Shown here: piece after piece, positions 40,640 to 50,897 of the stretch
Layout of the letters: every line of letters begins with the position of its first letter
Numbering within the stretch: position 1 is the stretch's first letter
Source of the DNA: an uncultured delta proteobacterium
GTDB taxonomy: Bacteria; Desulfobacterota; Desulfomonilia; UBA1062
Assembly: GCA_963785235.1 (NCBI GenBank)
Contig: CAWAUM010000001.1
Location: 224,001-288,000, forward strand
DNA: 64,000 nucleotides
Reading direction: 5' to 3'
The notes under the pieces: model-generated
Told to the model about the DNA's origin: nothing
The model's input: the letters and a program-made list of their open reading frames with translations, nothing else
Databases searched by the model: none
Translations under genes and position numbers: made by a program

Positions 40640-41047
40640 TCATATGATTCCTTGTTTTTTTACAGCCGGTATTCCGGCCCCGGGGTTGTGCTGACCAGGG
40701 GCACCCTGTTTGGAAAGGTCCGGCATATGCGGCCTGATGAAATCCATCAGTCCCTGGACAGAGGTTTTGCCCAGGATGGAATCCAGGAGCTCTCCGTTCT
40801 TGATGATGAGAAATGAGGGAGTTCCTGAGATAAAAAAGCGCTTTTCGAAGTAGGGCAGGATATCTTCAAGGGCGAAGCACACTTTCAGGTCGGGGCCCGC
40901 GAAGAGGGCGATGAATTCAATTCCAGCCCTGGTTTCCTGGTAATCAATGTCATCCCTGATACATGCCACAAAAATGGCTTTCTCCCCCCTGATGACAGAA
41001 TCGATGGTGTCGATCATGATGCGGGTTATTATCTCTGGTCCTGGCAT
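40640..41047 (-). CDS. Thioredoxin-fold protein lacking CxxC
   Basis: RFFISGTPSFLIIKNGELLDSILG is the thioredoxin cis-Pro region; no CxxC. Confidence 0.6.
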   Translation of the reverse strand: MPGPEIITRIMIDTIDSVIRGEKAIFVACIRDDIDYQETRAGIEFIALFAGPDLKVCFALEDILPYFEKRFFISGTPSFLIIKNGELLDSILGKTSVQGLMDFIRPHMPDLSKQGAPGQHNPGAGIPAVKKQGII

Positions 41048-41104
41048 CCTCGCTCCTGTGTTTGCGCCTTTCTCCCCGGCCTGTCCGGGGAGCATTCTTC
41101 CTTA

Positions 41105-41267
41105 CACAAGAAGCATGCCACGGGGTAAAAAGGAGGGGATTTATTACTTAAATCAATTGATATCAAATGGTTATGGGGTAGCATGCGCGGTTGCAGGATG
41201 GTAATTATGTCTCATGCTTATGTAACAAGTGACGCCCAGGGTGTTACAGGTATGATACATTGTTACA
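41105..41267 (-). promoter_or_regulatory. Sigma-54 promoter, IHF site and candidate activator sites for the che operon
   Basis: TGGCAT-GCTTC-TTGTG (41105-41120, variant -12); TATCAA-ATGG-TTA (41161-41173) matches the IHF consensus; repeated TGTTACA-like heptamers 41208-41267. Confidence 0.5.
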
Positions 41268-42987
41268 TATGATCATCAGGCCCGGAGATGAGAAGCTCTC
41301 TCATCTTCCGGTAGATGGTCTGGCGGCTGATACCCAAGGACTTGGCCGCCCTGGCCTTGTTCCAACCGTTCTTTTCCAGGGCTTCGATGAATTCTTCACG
41401 CCGGGTGGGGGGTGTCTCTTCCCGGAGTCTTTCTCTGGCCCTGGGACCACGAATCTCAGGGGGCAGGTCATCCAGCGAGATGGTCTGTGTCCGGCATACC
41501 ACGAAGGAGTGTTCCAAGGCGTGGATGAGTTCCCGGACATTACCCGGCCACTCATATTCCATGAATAGCTTCTGCACCTCTGCCGAGACGTTGGTGATTT
41601 CCTTGCGGAACCTTTTCCTGAAGACGGAAAGAAAGTGGTCCACCAGCAGAAAGATGTCGTCCCTTCGTTCGATAAGGGCCGGGACACGGATCTCCAGAAC
41701 CTTGAGTCGGTAATAGAGGTCTTCGCGGAATTGACCCTTCTTCACCTTGCCCGTCAGATCGGCATTCGTGGCGGAGATGACCTGGACATCGAGCTTCAGG
41801 GGCGTGGAATCACCCACCCGTTCGATCTCCTTGTTTTCCAGGACGCGCAGGAGCTTGAGCTGAATAGCAGGCGAGATGTCTCCGATTTCGTCCAGGAAGA
41901 GGGTCCCCTGGTTCGCCAGCTGGAACCGGCCCTCCCTGTCGCGGATGGCCCCGGTGAATGCCCCTTTCACATGCCCGAAGAGCTCGCTTTCCAGAAGGTT
42001 TTCCGCCAGGGCCGAACAGTTCACCACCACAAAGGGTCTGTGTGCCCTTGCACCGCTGTAGTGGATGGCCCGTGCAACGAGCTCCTTGCCTGTGCCGCTC
42101 GGACCGGTGATGAGTACGGTAGTTTCGATGTCCTTGAGATCCTCTATGAGGTTGTAGATCTCCTGCATCTTGGGGCTTCGGCCGATGATACTCTGGAACT
42201 GGTTTCTCTCCTGCAACTCCCTTTCCAGGGCAGACAGCCTGGTGATGTCTCTTATGACCATGACCGCACCCAGCGGCTTGTCATCCTTTCCCTTCAGGGG
42301 CGAGATATTCAGGACAATCACCCTGTTGGGCTGCCGGGCATGATCGCACTCGATCCGGTACTCCTGGATAGGCCTGTTCTTGACCACCGTCTCTTCAAGG
42401 ACCTTCATGCATTTCCTGGAGCAGTCGGTCTTCCCTTCTTCCCACTGCGGGCTCTTGGGCGAGACCCCGCAGATACGCTCTGCCGCATCATTGGCTTCAA
42501 TGACGTGCATGGTGTTGTCCACGGTAATGATACCGTCGCCGACGCTGTGAAACACTGCCTCCAGGTGGGACCTGTAGCGTTCCTTCTCTGTTTCAATAAT
42601 CAGCTTTTCATCAAGCAGGGCCTTGTGCTGCAGGGCATGCTTGGTAACCCTCAGGAGGGTTTCCTTCATGATGGGTTTGGTGATGAAGTCAAAGGCGCCA
42701 TACCGCAATGAGGCTGCAGCATTGTCTATGTTGGGCTCGCCCGTGATCATGATGACGGGCGCCAGGATGCCCCGGGTCTTGATCTCCCGGAGGATCTCGA
42801 TGCCCGAGTGGGGACCCAGAAGGATATCCATGAGGATAAAGTCAAAGGATTTCTGCGCGATCAGATCCATGGCCGATTGGTAATCGGCTGCGGTGATGAC
42901 GTTATATCCTTCTTTGGAGAGGAAGGATCCGAACGTATGGCGGATGCTCTCTTCATCATCGATGACAAGAATGTTGGCGCTCAACAA
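41263..42987 (-). CDS. Sigma-54-dependent response regulator (REC-PAS-AAA+-HTH)
   Basis: [36 protein letters not shown], Fis-type HTH. Confidence 0.95.
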   Translation of the reverse strand: MLSANILVIDDEESIRHTFGSFLSKEGYNVITAADYQSAMDLIAQKSFDFILMDILLGPHSGIEILREIKTRGILAPVIMITGEPNIDNAAASLRYGAFDFITKPIMKETLLRVTKHALQHKALLDEKLIIETEKERYRSHLEAVFHSVGDGIITVDNTMHVIEANDAAERICGVSPKSPQWEEGKTDCSRKCMKVLEETVVKNRPIQEYRIECDHARQPNRVIVLNISPLKGKDDKPLGAVMVIRDITRLSALERELQERNQFQSIIGRSPKMQEIYNLIEDLKDIETTVLITGPSGTGKELVARAIHYSGARAHRPFVVVNCSALAENLLESELFGHVKGAFTGAIRDREGRFQLANQGTLFLDEIGDISPAIQLKLLRVLENKEIERVGDSTPLKLDVQVISATNADLTGKVKKGQFREDLYYRLKVLEIRVPALIERRDDIFLLVDHFLSVFRKRFRKEITNVSAEVQKLFMEYEWPGNVRELIHALEHSFVVCRTQTISLDDLPPEIRGPRARERLREETPPTRREEFIEALEKNGWNKARAAKSLGISRQTIYRKMRELLISGPDDHM

Positions 42988-43064
42988 CGGTTTGCTCCCC
43001 TATGAATAAGTAAGATATATACCCGTATGGTCTCAGCCGGGGCAACACCTTTTTAATGCCAGTA

Positions 43065-46000
43065 TCAGGCCTTGAGCGACCTTTTGATGGCACCTGCGAG
43101 CATGTTCTTGGTGAAGGGTTTGTCCAGGTACTCCTTTATGCCTTGTGCAACGGCCTCCTCCGGGGTGATGGTCTCACTGAATCCGGTCATGAGGATAATG
43201 GGCATGCCGGGACTTATCTTGAGGATCTCGGTTGCGAATTGTGAACCCGTAAGGCCCGGCATGGTCTGATCCGTGATAACAAGGTCGATCCCGTCCTGGG
43301 CTGACCGGAAATAGTTCAGTGCATCAATACTTGAACAGAGGCCTTTTACCTTGTAGCCGAGCTGGTTGAGCATGGCCTGGGTAAAGTTGATGATCGCCTC
43401 CTCGTCATCCACCAGCAGTATGGACTCGCCGGATCCCGGGGTTGGCTCACCATGAAGGTCATCCACACCCTCCTGCTCCTGTTGGGATACGGGGAGGTAA
43501 ATCTCAAAGGTGCTTCCATTGTTGATTGACGATTCCACAAGGATTGCCCCGCCAAGCTCGGTAACAATACCATGGACCGTTGCAAGCCCTAAGCCGGTTC
43601 CCTTGGCCTTTTCCTTTGTCGTGAAGAAGGGATCGAAGATACGTTTGAGGGTTTCGGTGTCCATGCCGCACCCGGTATCCCTTACGGTGATCAGCAGATG
43701 CGCCCCTTCAGACAGCGGCGGGTGCTTTGAGATGAAGCCGGAGTCGAGGTAGAGCTGTTCGAGGATTACCGTGAGTTCGCCGCCGGTGGTCAGCATGGCC
43801 TGGTAGGCATTGGTGCACAGGTTCATGATGACCTGATGGATCTGTGTGGAATCGGCTAAAACCGTTCCTGAGGCGGTATCGATGTGCTCGGTAATGGTAA
43901 TGGTGCTGGGGATGGAAGACCTCAGCAGCTTCAGCGCCTCCTTCATGATGAGATGAATTTTCACCGGTTTTCTCTCGGTTTCCATCTGGCGGCTGAAGGT
44001 GAGGATCTGTTTGACAAGGTCCTTTGCCCTGCCTCCCGCCTTGAGGACCTCCATGATGTTCTTAGAGACAGCGCTGTCTTCAGGCAACTCATCTATGGCC
44101 AGTTCGGAATAGCCGATTATGGCGGACAGGATATTATTGAAGTCGTGGGCGATACCTCCTGCAAGGGTTCCGATGGCCTCCAGCTTCTGGGAGCGCATGA
44201 GACGGGCTTCGTATGTCCTCCGTTCTTCCTCTGAGAGCTTGCGCTCCGTAATGTCAACGTTCATGCCTTCGAGGTACACGATGTTCCCGGCTGCATCACG
44301 GACTGTATGGAGAGAGATGGATATCCAGAAGGTGTTTTTGTCCTGACGGCGCATTTCTACCTCAAACCCTTCCACAGAATCCTGTTCCCTGAGCATGCGG
44401 ATCATTTTTTCCCGGTCCTGGGGATTTACGTACAGATCCTGGCCGATATGCTTGACCCCATTGATCATCTCTTCAGGCGAGGAGAACCCGAACATCCGGG
44501 CAAGTGACGGGTTTACGCTTAGAAGCCGTCCCTGGGGCGTTGTCCGGTATATCCCCTCGTTGGCATTCTCGAAGATCTGTCGATAGTTCTCTTCACTCGC
44601 ACGCAGTGCTTCGTCGAGAAGCCTTTGATCCGTGACGTCTATGCCGATGCCGAAGACGAACTCGAGTTCTCCGTTATCACGGAATACGGCCTTGCCCTGC
44701 CACTGTACCAGCAGAGACCTGCCGTCCTTGGTAAGGACCCTGTTATCATGCACGACAGGCCCCTTTGATGAGATCATCCGGTCCATGGCACCCTTGAAGC
44801 CCTCACGGTCTTCTTCAGGGATGAATAACCCAAGGTAGTCTTTGCCCACAACCTCGGGGAGTGAATAACCTAATGCGCTCAGCATGGCCTGGTTCATGAA
44901 GAGCACCTTTCCCTGGGGGTTAATGGCGTCATAAAAGGCAGGGGAGGTCTCGACGATGGAGGCGGTCAGATCACGCTCTTTCTCGAGCTGCCTTGAGGCC
45001 CTGATCCTGGAGGTGATATCGCGGGCAGAGCCGCGGACGCCTGTGGGCCTGCCTTGATGGTCGATGATGAGGGAGTTGCGGTACTCCATGATCCGCTCAT
45101 CTCCGGTCTTGGTGGTTATGGTCATGAGCCCTTCATCGTAGCCGTTTTCCATTACCCGGCTGATATAGTCCTTAAACTGGCCCTTATGACGTTCCGGCAG
45201 GATATCCTTGATGTTCATGGTTTTCAGGTCGGCCTCGGTGTATCCTGTGGTCTTCTTGGATGCCAGGTTGGTCTCTATGAAAATACCATTAAAATCATGC
45301 ATATACAACAGGTCTGACACATTGAAGAAGATATCCTTGTATCTGGCCTCGCTCTGCCGCAAGGCCTCCTCGGTCTGCTTAGACTCAGTGATGTCACGGA
45401 CAGATTCAATGGCGCCGATGATGTTCCCCTGTGAGTCATAGATGGGGCCCGCCTTTCCCCAGAGGGTGATCTTTCTTTTTTTGATCTCCACATCGCCGAT
45501 TGCGAGAACGACCTCATCGACTTTTTTCAAATACGAATAGTTTCCCCCGATTTCCTTGTCCGGGTCGAGTATGTTGTCCACCAGCATGGGCCGCCTTATG
45601 CCATAGAAGGGCAACGCATACGCATAGTCCGTCTTACCGGCCATGTCCCTGGCCGGTATGTGTGTGAGATCCTCAATGGCGCGGTTCCACATGATAACCC
45701 TTCCCTTGAGGTCTATGGCAAAGGTGGGGTCGGGCAGGAAGTCAACAAACTGGGTAAGCTGCATCAGGGCATCGGTGCGGGCCTTCTCAATCTCCTTCCT
45801 GTCCATGATGTCCCGGATGGATTCGATGGCGCCGATGATCTGCCCGGTCTTGTCGTAAATAGGACTGGCCTTGATCCAGAGGAATCTTTTGGAGGGCAGC
45901 CCCACTGCCTCGGCATAGAGCGTATCTCCTTCACGGCGGACAAAGGTGTATTTGTTCTCCATGTCAGGATCGGGATGTAGAATGAGGTCAATCAGGATAG

Positions 46001-46229
46001 GGCGTCTTTCGTTATAGAAGGGCAGGGAATATTCGTACACCCCCTTTCCAACCATGTCTTCGGCCTTGACACCGGTCATTTCTTCCATTGCCCGGTTCCA
46101 CACGATGACCTTACCCTTGAGGTCAATGGCAAAGGTTGGGTCGGGTAAAAAATCAATGACCTGAGAGAGGAATAATTTTGTTGACCGCAGATATCTCGCT
46201 GAAGATAGATTACGTTCCATTTCTCCCAT
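43065..46229 (-). CDS. Cytoplasmic multi-PAS hybrid histidine kinase
   Basis: About 5 PAS/PAC repeats, AHDFNN, FDPFFTTK, GTGLGL, C-terminal receiver. Confidence 0.95.
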   Translation of the reverse strand: MGEMERNLSSARYLRSTKLFLSQVIDFLPDPTFAIDLKGKVIVWNRAMEEMTGVKAEDMVGKGVYEYSLPFYNERRPILIDLILHPDPDMENKYTFVRREGDTLYAEAVGLPSKRFLWIKASPIYDKTGQIIGAIESIRDIMDRKEIEKARTDALMQLTQFVDFLPDPTFAIDLKGRVIMWNRAIEDLTHIPARDMAGKTDYAYALPFYGIRRPMLVDNILDPDKEIGGNYSYLKKVDEVVLAIGDVEIKKRKITLWGKAGPIYDSQGNIIGAIESVRDITESKQTEEALRQSEARYKDIFFNVSDLLYMHDFNGIFIETNLASKKTTGYTEADLKTMNIKDILPERHKGQFKDYISRVMENGYDEGLMTITTKTGDERIMEYRNSLIIDHQGRPTGVRGSARDITSRIRASRQLEKERDLTASIVETSPAFYDAINPQGKVLFMNQAMLSALGYSLPEVVGKDYLGLFIPEEDREGFKGAMDRMISSKGPVVHDNRVLTKDGRSLLVQWQGKAVFRDNGELEFVFGIGIDVTDQRLLDEALRASEENYRQIFENANEGIYRTTPQGRLLSVNPSLARMFGFSSPEEMINGVKHIGQDLYVNPQDREKMIRMLREQDSVEGFEVEMRRQDKNTFWISISLHTVRDAAGNIVYLEGMNVDITERKLSEEERRTYEARLMRSQKLEAIGTLAGGIAHDFNNILSAIIGYSELAIDELPEDSAVSKNIMEVLKAGGRAKDLVKQILTFSRQMETERKPVKIHLIMKEALKLLRSSIPSTITITEHIDTASGTVLADSTQIHQVIMNLCTNAYQAMLTTGGELTVILEQLYLDSGFISKHPPLSEGAHLLITVRDTGCGMDTETLKRIFDPFFTTKEKAKGTGLGLATVHGIVTELGGAILVESSINNGSTFEIYLPVSQQEQEGVDDLHGEPTPGSGESILLVDDEEAIINFTQAMLNQLGYKVKGLCSSIDALNYFRSAQDGIDLVITDQTMPGLTGSQFATEILKISPGMPIILMTGFSETITPEEAVAQGIKEYLDKPFTKNMLAGAIKRSLKA

Positions 46230-46382
46230 ATCCCCTCTACTGCATGGCAAGGCCACACATGATCGTGTTTATTTCAGGATTGTGCATGACATCTTACTCT
46301 AAAATAAAGATTACATAAAGAATGATGGGTAACGCAGAGAGTTATTCAGGGATAGATTCAGACCTTCTTCCAATGTGAGCGA

Positions 46383-49300
46383 CTATCCTCCAGCCGGGTT
46401 CAATGCCTTGTACACCGCTTCAGAGAGCTCACTTGCCACCATGGGCTTCATCACCATCTCTCTGATGCCGGCATCCCTGATCCTTTCAGGCGAGATCCCC
46501 AGGCTGAAACCGGTGCACAGCACAATAGGGATATCGGGCCTGATTTCCTGGAGCCGTTCCGAGAGCTCAAGACCCGTCATCCTGGGCATGGTCAGATCCG
46601 TCAGGACAAGATCGAACGCACCCGGATCGGATGTGAACAGCTCAAGGGCCTCCATGGGACTGGTAGTTGAAGTGATTTCGTATCCGAGCTGTTCAAGAAT
46701 TCCGCGACCCGAGGTTATGACCCCCTCTTCATCGTCCACGAAAAGAATCCTCCCGCTGCCTGTCTTCATGAGTTTATCCAGAGCTTTGTTTTCAACAGCC
46801 TCTCCCTTGTACAAGGGGAGGATGATGTTAAAGGTGGTTCCAATGCCTGGATCGCTGTACACGGAAATCGCCCCCCCCATTTCCTTCACTATGCCGTGGA
46901 CAACAGACAGGCCCATGCCCGTTCCCTCTCCACGCTCCTTGGTAGTGAAGAACGGGTCGAAGATACGCTTGATGATCTCCTTCGGGATGCCGCTTCCGGT
47001 ATCGGTAACGCTCAATCGCAGGTATCGGCCTCGCTTCAATCCCTTGAAATCCACCTCTACCTCATCATCCAGTTCAACCTCTGCAAGGCGGACATCAAGC
47101 ATGCCGCCCCTTTCCTTCATGGCATGGGCGGCGTTGGTGCAGAGGTTCATGATAACCTGGTGGATCTGAGTGGGATCAGCGATTATCATGCTGCCAGAAA
47201 CAGGGAACTCCTGTCTGATTTCAATGGTCACAGGCAAAGAGGCCCTGATAAACTTTAGAGTTTCTTTGATGAGAGGGGCCACTACCATGGGCTCTCTCTT
47301 GATGCCTGCCTGGCGGCTGAAGGTCAGTATCTGCTTTACCAGGTCTCTGGCCCTGATCCCGGCCTTGAGGATCTCATCCAGCTCGTTTTCTATATTCGCC
47401 CTGTCTTCCAGCTTCATCTTGGCAAGCTCGGCAAAGCCGAACACGGAAGACAGGATATTGTTGAAATCATGGGCTATGCCACCCGCCAGGGATCCGATTG
47501 CCTCCATTTTATATGACTGCTGAAGCCGTTCCTCGAGTTTCAGCCTTTCTGCCTCCAATTTCTTGCGTTCGGTAATATCCTCAAAGGTTGCCACCATTCC
47601 GCTGAACTCTTTGGTTGCAGAAATGAGCGGTGTTCCATTGATGGATAATAATATTCGCCGGCCGTCGGGCCACTCGATGGCGTGTTGAATATCTTTTACA
47701 GGTTTCCTTGTTTTCAGCACCTGCATAAACGGGAGGTTTTCCATGGGGAAAGGTTTTCCGTCCAGATCGGTTATCCGCCAGGCCGGGGCATTGTACTCGA
47801 GTCGGGTAATATCGGTTTTTGATAGACCGAGAATTTCCTCTGCCTGGGTATTTGCAAAAATGATCTTTCCTGATGCATCGACAAAGGTAATTCCAACAGG
47901 GCTGGTTCCCACAAGCTGCGTGAGGAGGTCGTGCTGCTTTTGCAGTTCCTCTTCGGCCCTTTTGCGTGCTGTGATGTCCAGAAAAACTGCGGCGAACTGT
48001 CCATGCCTCGGTGAATACGCAGACACCTCGAAATACTTGTTCAGGACCCCTGTAAAATTTTCGAAGTGTATGGGGTTACCTGTCAAGGCGACCTGGCCAT
48101 AGAGGTCTATCCAGTATTGCTCGGTATCAGGCAATACCTCGCTGACGGCCCTTCCGACAAGATCTTCACTCTTCAGGCCGGTCAGTTGTTCAAAGGCAGG
48201 ATTGACCTCAAGGAATCGGTAGTCCTGTGGTGCGCCTTTCTCGTCACATATAATTTCGTGGAGGGCAAACCCAGTGACCATGGACTGGAAGAGCAGTCGG
48301 AATTTCTCTTCCGACTCTCTGAGGGCCTCGTCGGCATGCTTTCTGGCTGTAATGTCTCTTGATACAATGACCCCTGTCAATGATCCATGCATATCGATGA
48401 GCATACCTTCCGATTCAAGCCAGATGTAACCACGGGAAGGGTGAAGGTAACGGTACTCGGCCTTCGCGATACCCCTGCTCTTCACGGCGTTGGCGAAGGT
48501 CGCCATCACACCCGGGATGTCCTCGGGGTGAATGTGCTCGAAGATGCTTTTTCCGAGCACCTCCTCTCCGCGATCCAGCACCCGTTTGTGAGAAGAAGAT
48601 ATGAAGGTGTAAGTGCCCGAAGTGTCGGTAGTCAGGATGATATCAGTAATATTGTCAGTGATGAGGCGGTATTTCTCCTCGCTCTCACGGAGCCCCTCCT
48701 CCGCCTGCTTACGCTCGCTGATGTCACGGGTAATAGATATGATGTGCGAAACACCCTTAAGCTTTATTATTCGTGCAGACATCAGGGCGGTTACGATGCT
48801 CCCGTCTTTTCTCCTGAACTGCGCCTCAAGGTTTTCGTAAGAGCCTTTGGCCCTTAGACCTTGCACCAATTGTTGCCGGTCTTCGGTGTTGAGCCATATA
48901 TCGATATCCACCGAAGTCTTCCCGATGACGTCTTCCCTCGTGTAACCTGTCAAGGTAGTGAACCCTTCATTGATATCGACATACAACCCATCTTCCAGTC
49001 GGTTGATATTGATTGAATCCGGACTGGTACTAAAGGCCAGCCGGAAGCGCTCCTCGGTTTCTTTCAGTGCTTCCTCGGCCTGCCTGCGTTCGGTGATGTC
49101 AATGATCGTCCCTTCTGCGATATCACGGGATGGATCTATGTGTGCGCTGAACTCTGCCCAGAAGATCCTGCCCGTCAGCTGATTCTTGAGCTGCAGCACA
49201 TGGTCGGTTATATATCCTTGTCCTCGTAGGGTATCTTTAACTTCCTCCCTGTCTTCGGGGTTGACATAGAGATGCAGGACGTCCCTGCCGAGGGCACTCT

Positions 49301-50558
49301 CAACGGTTGGGAAACCTGCCAGGTCGCAGTACCGCTGATTGCAGGCTATGATCGTCGCATCTTTGAGACTTGTCTCGAAGAGACCCACCTGGGCGTAATG
49401 ATAAAGGTTGCGATATTTTCGTTCACTCTCCCGAAGCGAATCATCTATTCTCTTTCGATCGGTGATGTCGCGAACGATAGCCCACATTCCTATAGGATTA
49501 CCTGTTTCATCTTTCTGGAGTATGGCCCGCAATTCCACAGGGAAGACCGTCCCGTCTTTCCTGCGGTATTCCTTTTCAAAAATATCAGAATAACCATTGG
49601 GGAGTATCTGAGTTCTAACAATTGCGGACTCCATCGCATGCCATTTCTCAGGGGTAATGTCCTGATAGGTGAGCGCGCTGATCTCTTCAGGCTTATAGCC
49701 CAGCATGCTCAGGTAGGATTCATTGTAATCCTTGATATGCCCTTCCATATCTACGCTTACAACTGCATCCCTCATGCTGTCATGAAGGAGGCGATATCTT
49801 CCTTCTGATGAACGTAACGCCTCTGCAAGCTGCTCCTGTTCCTTAATCGTACGTGCCAATTTCAGGTTGCTGTAACTCAGATCAGAAACCAGAACCGAAA
49901 ACTTTGTGAGGAAATCCATAAAGGCAGTGACCCTTTCCCGGCTGAATCGCGGCACGTGGTGCAGCGCACTCAAATAGGATTCCCGGTCAAAACCATACCT
50001 TTCAGCCTGAGTGATGAAAGCTTCTTCATCTATGTCTTCATCATCGTAAAAGAACTGTCCGGTGTAGATATTGCCCACATGCTTCCCACCGATATACAAA
50101 GGGGTCACCACATCCCAGAGCTGGTTCTTGCACTTGTAGGCCACATATTCGCCCTGCCGCATGTTCTTGGCCAGGAAGAGATCGCTTTCCATGCAGTTCA
50201 GGGCTGTTTGAGGATGAACCCGGTGGTATCGGGTGCAGATATCCTGCCAGCCGAGGGCTATCAGCACCTTTCCCTTGAGATCCAGGATTGCCAGTGCCAT
50301 GTTGGTGAGTTTATAAAAATCATCCATGAGAGATTGAATGGCGGGGACATCCATAATGGCGCTTAACTCCAGAGAGCTTATATCCATATTCGATGAGCTG
50401 ATGGTCTTGAGCTTCAAATCCAGAGGCTCTTCGCCCTCCTGTTGCACTTTCACTTCTTGCATATGCCCGAATGATGAATCTTCCAACTCGGCGATCCGTT
50501 TGCGTGCTTCATTCAGCTCTTCTATGAGCTGGTCTTTTTTCTTATTTTTATCTTTCAT
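46383..50558 (-). CDS. PocR plus multi-PAS hybrid histidine kinase
   Basis: N-terminal PocR motif (GWQDICTRYHR..P.T..NC.ESD, YKCKN.LWD), about 6 PAS, AHDFNN, receiver. Confidence 0.93.
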   Translation of the reverse strand: MKDKNKKKDQLIEELNEARKRIAELEDSSFGHMQEVKVQQEGEEPLDLKLKTISSSNMDISSLELSAIMDVPAIQSLMDDFYKLTNMALAILDLKGKVLIALGWQDICTRYHRVHPQTALNCMESDLFLAKNMRQGEYVAYKCKNQLWDVVTPLYIGGKHVGNIYTGQFFYDDEDIDEEAFITQAERYGFDRESYLSALHHVPRFSRERVTAFMDFLTKFSVLVSDLSYSNLKLARTIKEQEQLAEALRSSEGRYRLLHDSMRDAVVSVDMEGHIKDYNESYLSMLGYKPEEISALTYQDITPEKWHAMESAIVRTQILPNGYSDIFEKEYRRKDGTVFPVELRAILQKDETGNPIGMWAIVRDITDRKRIDDSLRESERKYRNLYHYAQVGLFETSLKDATIIACNQRYCDLAGFPTVESALGRDVLHLYVNPEDREEVKDTLRGQGYITDHVLQLKNQLTGRIFWAEFSAHIDPSRDIAEGTIIDITERRQAEEALKETEERFRLAFSTSPDSININRLEDGLYVDINEGFTTLTGYTREDVIGKTSVDIDIWLNTEDRQQLVQGLRAKGSYENLEAQFRRKDGSIVTALMSARIIKLKGVSHIISITRDISERKQAEEGLRESEEKYRLITDNITDIILTTDTSGTYTFISSSHKRVLDRGEEVLGKSIFEHIHPEDIPGVMATFANAVKSRGIAKAEYRYLHPSRGYIWLESEGMLIDMHGSLTGVIVSRDITARKHADEALRESEEKFRLLFQSMVTGFALHEIICDEKGAPQDYRFLEVNPAFEQLTGLKSEDLVGRAVSEVLPDTEQYWIDLYGQVALTGNPIHFENFTGVLNKYFEVSAYSPRHGQFAAVFLDITARKRAEEELQKQHDLLTQLVGTSPVGITFVDASGKIIFANTQAEEILGLSKTDITRLEYNAPAWRITDLDGKPFPMENLPFMQVLKTRKPVKDIQHAIEWPDGRRILLSINGTPLISATKEFSGMVATFEDITERKKLEAERLKLEERLQQSYKMEAIGSLAGGIAHDFNNILSSVFGFAELAKMKLEDRANIENELDEILKAGIRARDLVKQILTFSRQAGIKREPMVVAPLIKETLKFIRASLPVTIEIRQEFPVSGSMIIADPTQIHQVIMNLCTNAAHAMKERGGMLDVRLAEVELDDEVEVDFKGLKRGRYLRLSVTDTGSGIPKEIIKRIFDPFFTTKERGEGTGMGLSVVHGIVKEMGGAISVYSDPGIGTTFNIILPLYKGEAVENKALDKLMKTGSGRILFVDDEEGVITSGRGILEQLGYEITSTTSPMEALELFTSDPGAFDLVLTDLTMPRMTGLELSERLQEIRPDIPIVLCTGFSLGISPERIRDAGIREMVMKPMVASELSEAVYKALNPAGG

Positions 50559-50897
50559 GTGACCATTCACCCGCTTGGATCGGCTTTTTTGCCCAAGAAA
50601 AAACCCTGCCCGGTTAGTCATCCTTCCTGCAAGCCGCTATCTTTATTGTCCAGGAGATACCCTCTGATGACGACTCTTGGACATGGACCTTATTCATCAT
50701 TCTTAAAAAATAGGGGGTTACTACAAAGGGGGAGGTATAACAAAATTATCGCTGTTGTAATAATTGGTAAGCCGCATGTGTTTTTTACATGTGACCTTTT
50801 ATTGTCGCCCTTTGTACGTATAGCCTTATAATAGCGCTCAGATAAGTAAGATCAATATGCGGCAGAAATCTTCCCGCTCGTACTCAGACCCAAGGAG

